NCBI GenBank assembly: GCA_973895155.1
Contig: OZ316891.1
Span: forward strand, 24,551,899 to 24,615,898
Source: Marsupella aquatica
Taxonomy: Eukaryota > Plantae > Marchantiophyta
Direction: 5' to 3'
Length of the DNA stretch: 64,000 bases
In this document: positions 60,922 through 64,000 of the stretch, one piece after another
Layout: each line of letters starts with the position of its first letter
Position numbering within the stretch: position 1 is the first letter of the stretch
Notes under the pieces: model-generated
Told to the model about the DNA's origin: nothing
What the model saw: the letters and a program-made list of their open reading frames with translations, nothing else
Databases searched by the model: none
Position numbers and translations under genes: made by a program

Positions 60922-63900
60922 TGTGATGCCTAGACAGGAATCACTCAGCCGGTTAAGTGGGTAAAGCAGGAAGGCACCCTAGGAACACCTTAGTATAGGG
61001 ACAAAACAAGGAAAATATAAACAATTAGGGGCAACCATGGAACCCGGGCAGAGGCCGGAGGTAAGGCTGAGGGTGAAAACCCGATTAGGGTTAGGGCGCG
61101 TTAAGCGTCGGCGGCTAGGAAGGATCAACGGGAAGAAGGACCGGCAGAGGAGAGGGGTAAGGAGCGCTTGCAGGAGATGGTGGCTCATTTGCGAGCACGA
61201 ACTAGGCAGACGACTACGGGAGGCCAACTACCATCAGCTGCTTAGGCAAGCACTCGGGGAGAGAGTAGATACCGACGATCGACCTAAGGAGGGTATGAGC
61301 AACGTCAATCAAGCGGCACATTTCTGGGGATGCCTGTTCAAACGGGCAACTGAGTACATCAAGAATTACGAGGACGAGGAGTCAGAAAGGGCAGCTCGAG
61401 AATGGCAGGAGCTCGCTCGATTGTGGGAGCTGCAGAAGACGGCTTTCTTAGGAGGCGAACTCATCAAGGACGAGTTCCTGTGGACGCCTACTTCCAATCA
61501 ACTCGACGATCTTCTGTTTTGCAAAGACAGCGTCGTCGGCATCCGAGAGGCCATCAAGAACTGCAACGACATACACTGGGAATTAAAGGGTAGCACGGAA
61601 AGGTGGACCCAGGCAACGTGCTAGGAGAAACCTCCACGGTAGCAGAGATGAAGAGGAAGGGAGCCGTCAACGATGAAGCCACCCCGGCAAAAAGAACGAG
61701 GTCGGCGGCACCAAAGAAGCCAGCCGAGCAGCAGAGCAGGAGGCAGGGAGAAGCCGAAGAGGAGGAGGTCGATCCCATCAAGGCCATTCCAACCAGGGAT
61801 GACACCTGGAAGGGCTGGGCGGCAACCCTACCGGTGGAGGTGCAACTACATTTTGCACGGGAGGAGGATGCATGCTTTACGGCCATGCAGACCAAGAAGT
61901 ACCAAGGCTTCATGGCCGGATCCGGCTTGGAGGCCTTTGTAAGATTACCATGGCTGAAGCCGGAGGTACCGGAATCAGACCTATTAGAATTCGTGGGGTC
62001 ATGGGAACCCGAGACCAATTGCACGAGGATATATGGGAAGGATTTCTATCTTACTCCCAAGGTAATTGCCGAAGTGTTTGGCTTGCCGATAGGCAATAAG
62101 ACCAAAGTTGATACCAGGAAGACCTTGCCTGACAAGGAGTTCCGGTCGTTCCCCGGGCCATCAACGAAGAATGGCTTCTTCCGGAACACCTGCACCAACC
62201 CGCACATAGGAGAGATGATCGACTTCTTGCGGGTGACCATGCATTGTAACTTGCCGAGGGCAGAGATCGGCAAGGCACAGGTCTATCTGGCAGAAAGGCC
62301 AGACCCAAGCCGGGACTACAACGGGTACCTCCTCAACCAATTGAAGAAGATCTTAAAGGAGGAGCAGCAGGTAATCGGCATGGGGAGCGTGTCGCGGCTT
62401 GGCTATCACATGCCGCTGTTGTGCCGGTATGCCAGAGGTCAGACTTTTGCCCCGGTACTTCCCCTGCAGGTAAGGGCACCCGAGGAAGCTCCAACGCCGA
62501 GGCCGTTGGCTGAGAAGCCTCAACCACCTGTTAGTCCTACGATCGAGCAGGTGTTTAGGCCCAGGAAGGAAGACTTGCCGATGCAGCAACCAGGCATGCA
62601 GAGTCTGCTGAAACTACTGGAGAAAGAAAAGAAATCGGCATCGGCAACAACAACGGCAACGGCAACAATGCAGGACACTACTACAGAGGTAGGCCTACAC
62701 CGGCTCACAAGAGAAAACCCCTTTGCTGGAGACAAGGAGAGAATCAGGCCGGAATCCAAGCCAGGTGTTCGAATGTACGTGGGAACCTCAAGCTCCGAAT
62801 CTGAGGCAGAATTGCCTGAAGCTCCTACCGACGAAGAGGAGAGGGAGAAGCCGGACGTCCAAGAGGTAGAGGAGGCAGTGGAGGACTGCAGCCATGATAA
62901 TTCCGGCTATGGGTCGGACCATCACGTTCCAGGAGTAAGGACCTGTGGCCGGTTTGTCCCCACACTTCCAAGGGTAGTGCGAGGGGACCCCAACCAGCAG
63001 AGTAGCCCTGAGTCTCCCCCACCAGATGTTGCTCCCCCGAGCTTCGACGGCATAAAACAGATGGTGCAGGAATTTCAGGAGCGAATCAAGCAGGAGGAAG
63101 AGGCCGCCCTAGCTAAGGAAAAGGATTTACCAGGAGGAGATTGGCCGGAGGACATCAGGCGGCTAGCCGAAAAAGGAAGCAAACCTCTAGCCACGATTGA
63201 AGAGATCCGCAGGACGGCTTGGGAGCAGAGGCCACGATGGGCGATGCCGATCACTTCTACTTACTCCACCTACGCTAAGAATAGAGCCATGGAGTATGGT
63301 GAGATGTGTGGGGAACTTGCGCTCGGCATCTTTGGAGAGGAGTTGGAGGTAGGACCCTTTTTCCATAGGGAGCAGTTGGAGAAGCACCAATTAGAAGAAG
63401 CGGTGGCTTTAGAGAGAAGCAAGAAGGACGAGGTCATTCGGCGGCTTAGGAGGATGGAAGCCGAGATTGAAGATCTAAGGGCGGCCAAGAAAGCCCAAGA
63501 TGAACTGCGGATTAAACGACATGAGCTGAACATCATGCAGGGGCAGTTGGACACCGCGCAGGCTGATAATCAGAATATCAAGGATAAACTGACTCAGACG
63601 CAGGAAGAGTTGGCCGACACGATCAAAGAGAGGGAGAAGTGGAAGCAAGAGCTGAAGAATACAGAGGAGGCCCACATAACAGCCAATAGCCGGGCCATGG
63701 CGGAGACCCAAAGAAAGGAATGGGCGTTGAAAGGGGAGCTCGAGAAAATCCGCGGAGCCCTTGAACAGAAGGAGGTCGAGTTAGGGAAATCCTATCAAGG
63801 GATTATGGCGCTGCAGCAGGAGCTTGCGTCCCTGACGGCCAGCTTCAAGGCCGACCTAAGGGAGAAGGACGAGATGCTCGAACAGACTTACGCCAAGATG

Positions 63901-64000
63901 AACCAGATGGAGTCTGTCATCATTGCAGAGCTCGACAAGGAGCTAAGAGCAACCCAGGAGGAGAGGGCTACCTTGAAGAAGGAATTGGAGGAAGCCCACA
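60922..64000 (+). mobile_element. Family A LTR (young subtype), runs off the window
   Basis: Starts TGTGATGCCTAGACAGG; near-identical to the reverse complement of the 49824-54492 LTR. Confidence 0.93.
61037..64000 (+). pseudogene. LTR-encoded ORF with a 1-bp deletion near 61617; downstream frame (61621 onward) appears open to the window end
   Basis: GCAACGTGCTAGG versus GCAACGGTGCTAGG in sibling copies. Confidence 0.82.

Overview
Eukaryotic, almost certainly non-seed land-plant-like (inferred) heterochromatic block made entirely of nested transposons; no host gene seen. (1) Family A: a Ty3/Gypsy non-chromovirus (Athila/OTA-like, tRNA-Asn PBS) LTR retrotransposon with very long LTRs (~4.6-4.7 kb). 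Each LTR itself encodes a ~1,210-1,230-aa protein. It is present as one near-intact element (23031-38516, minus, TSD GGTAC), one older fragmented element (8522-~58710), three solo LTRs with TSDs and two edge-truncated LTRs. Its pol is reached through a conserved -1 frameshift signal (G_GAT_TTT plus stem/pseudoknot) located after the protease. (2) Family B: a different ~3.8-kb LTR-like unit (TG..CA ends, 5-bp TSD) with a distantly homologous ~1,000-aa ORF. (3) A ~10.8-kb (native length) Mutator/MULE-like DNA transposon (14385-49222, 8-bp TSD GCTAGGAC, no real TIRs). It carries a DDE+SWIM transposase and, divergently, an intron-containing gene for a ParB-like domain fused to a beta-class N4/N6 DNA-methyltransferase-like domain. 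Its introns, intergenic region and ends carry ~15 copies of the palindrome TAGCGCCNGGCGCTA, not seen in the retroelement DNA. This ParB-MTase plus parS-like palindrome combination is the best candidate for an undescribed system. Nesting reaches six levels. Domain calls come from motif recognition by eye, not database searches.
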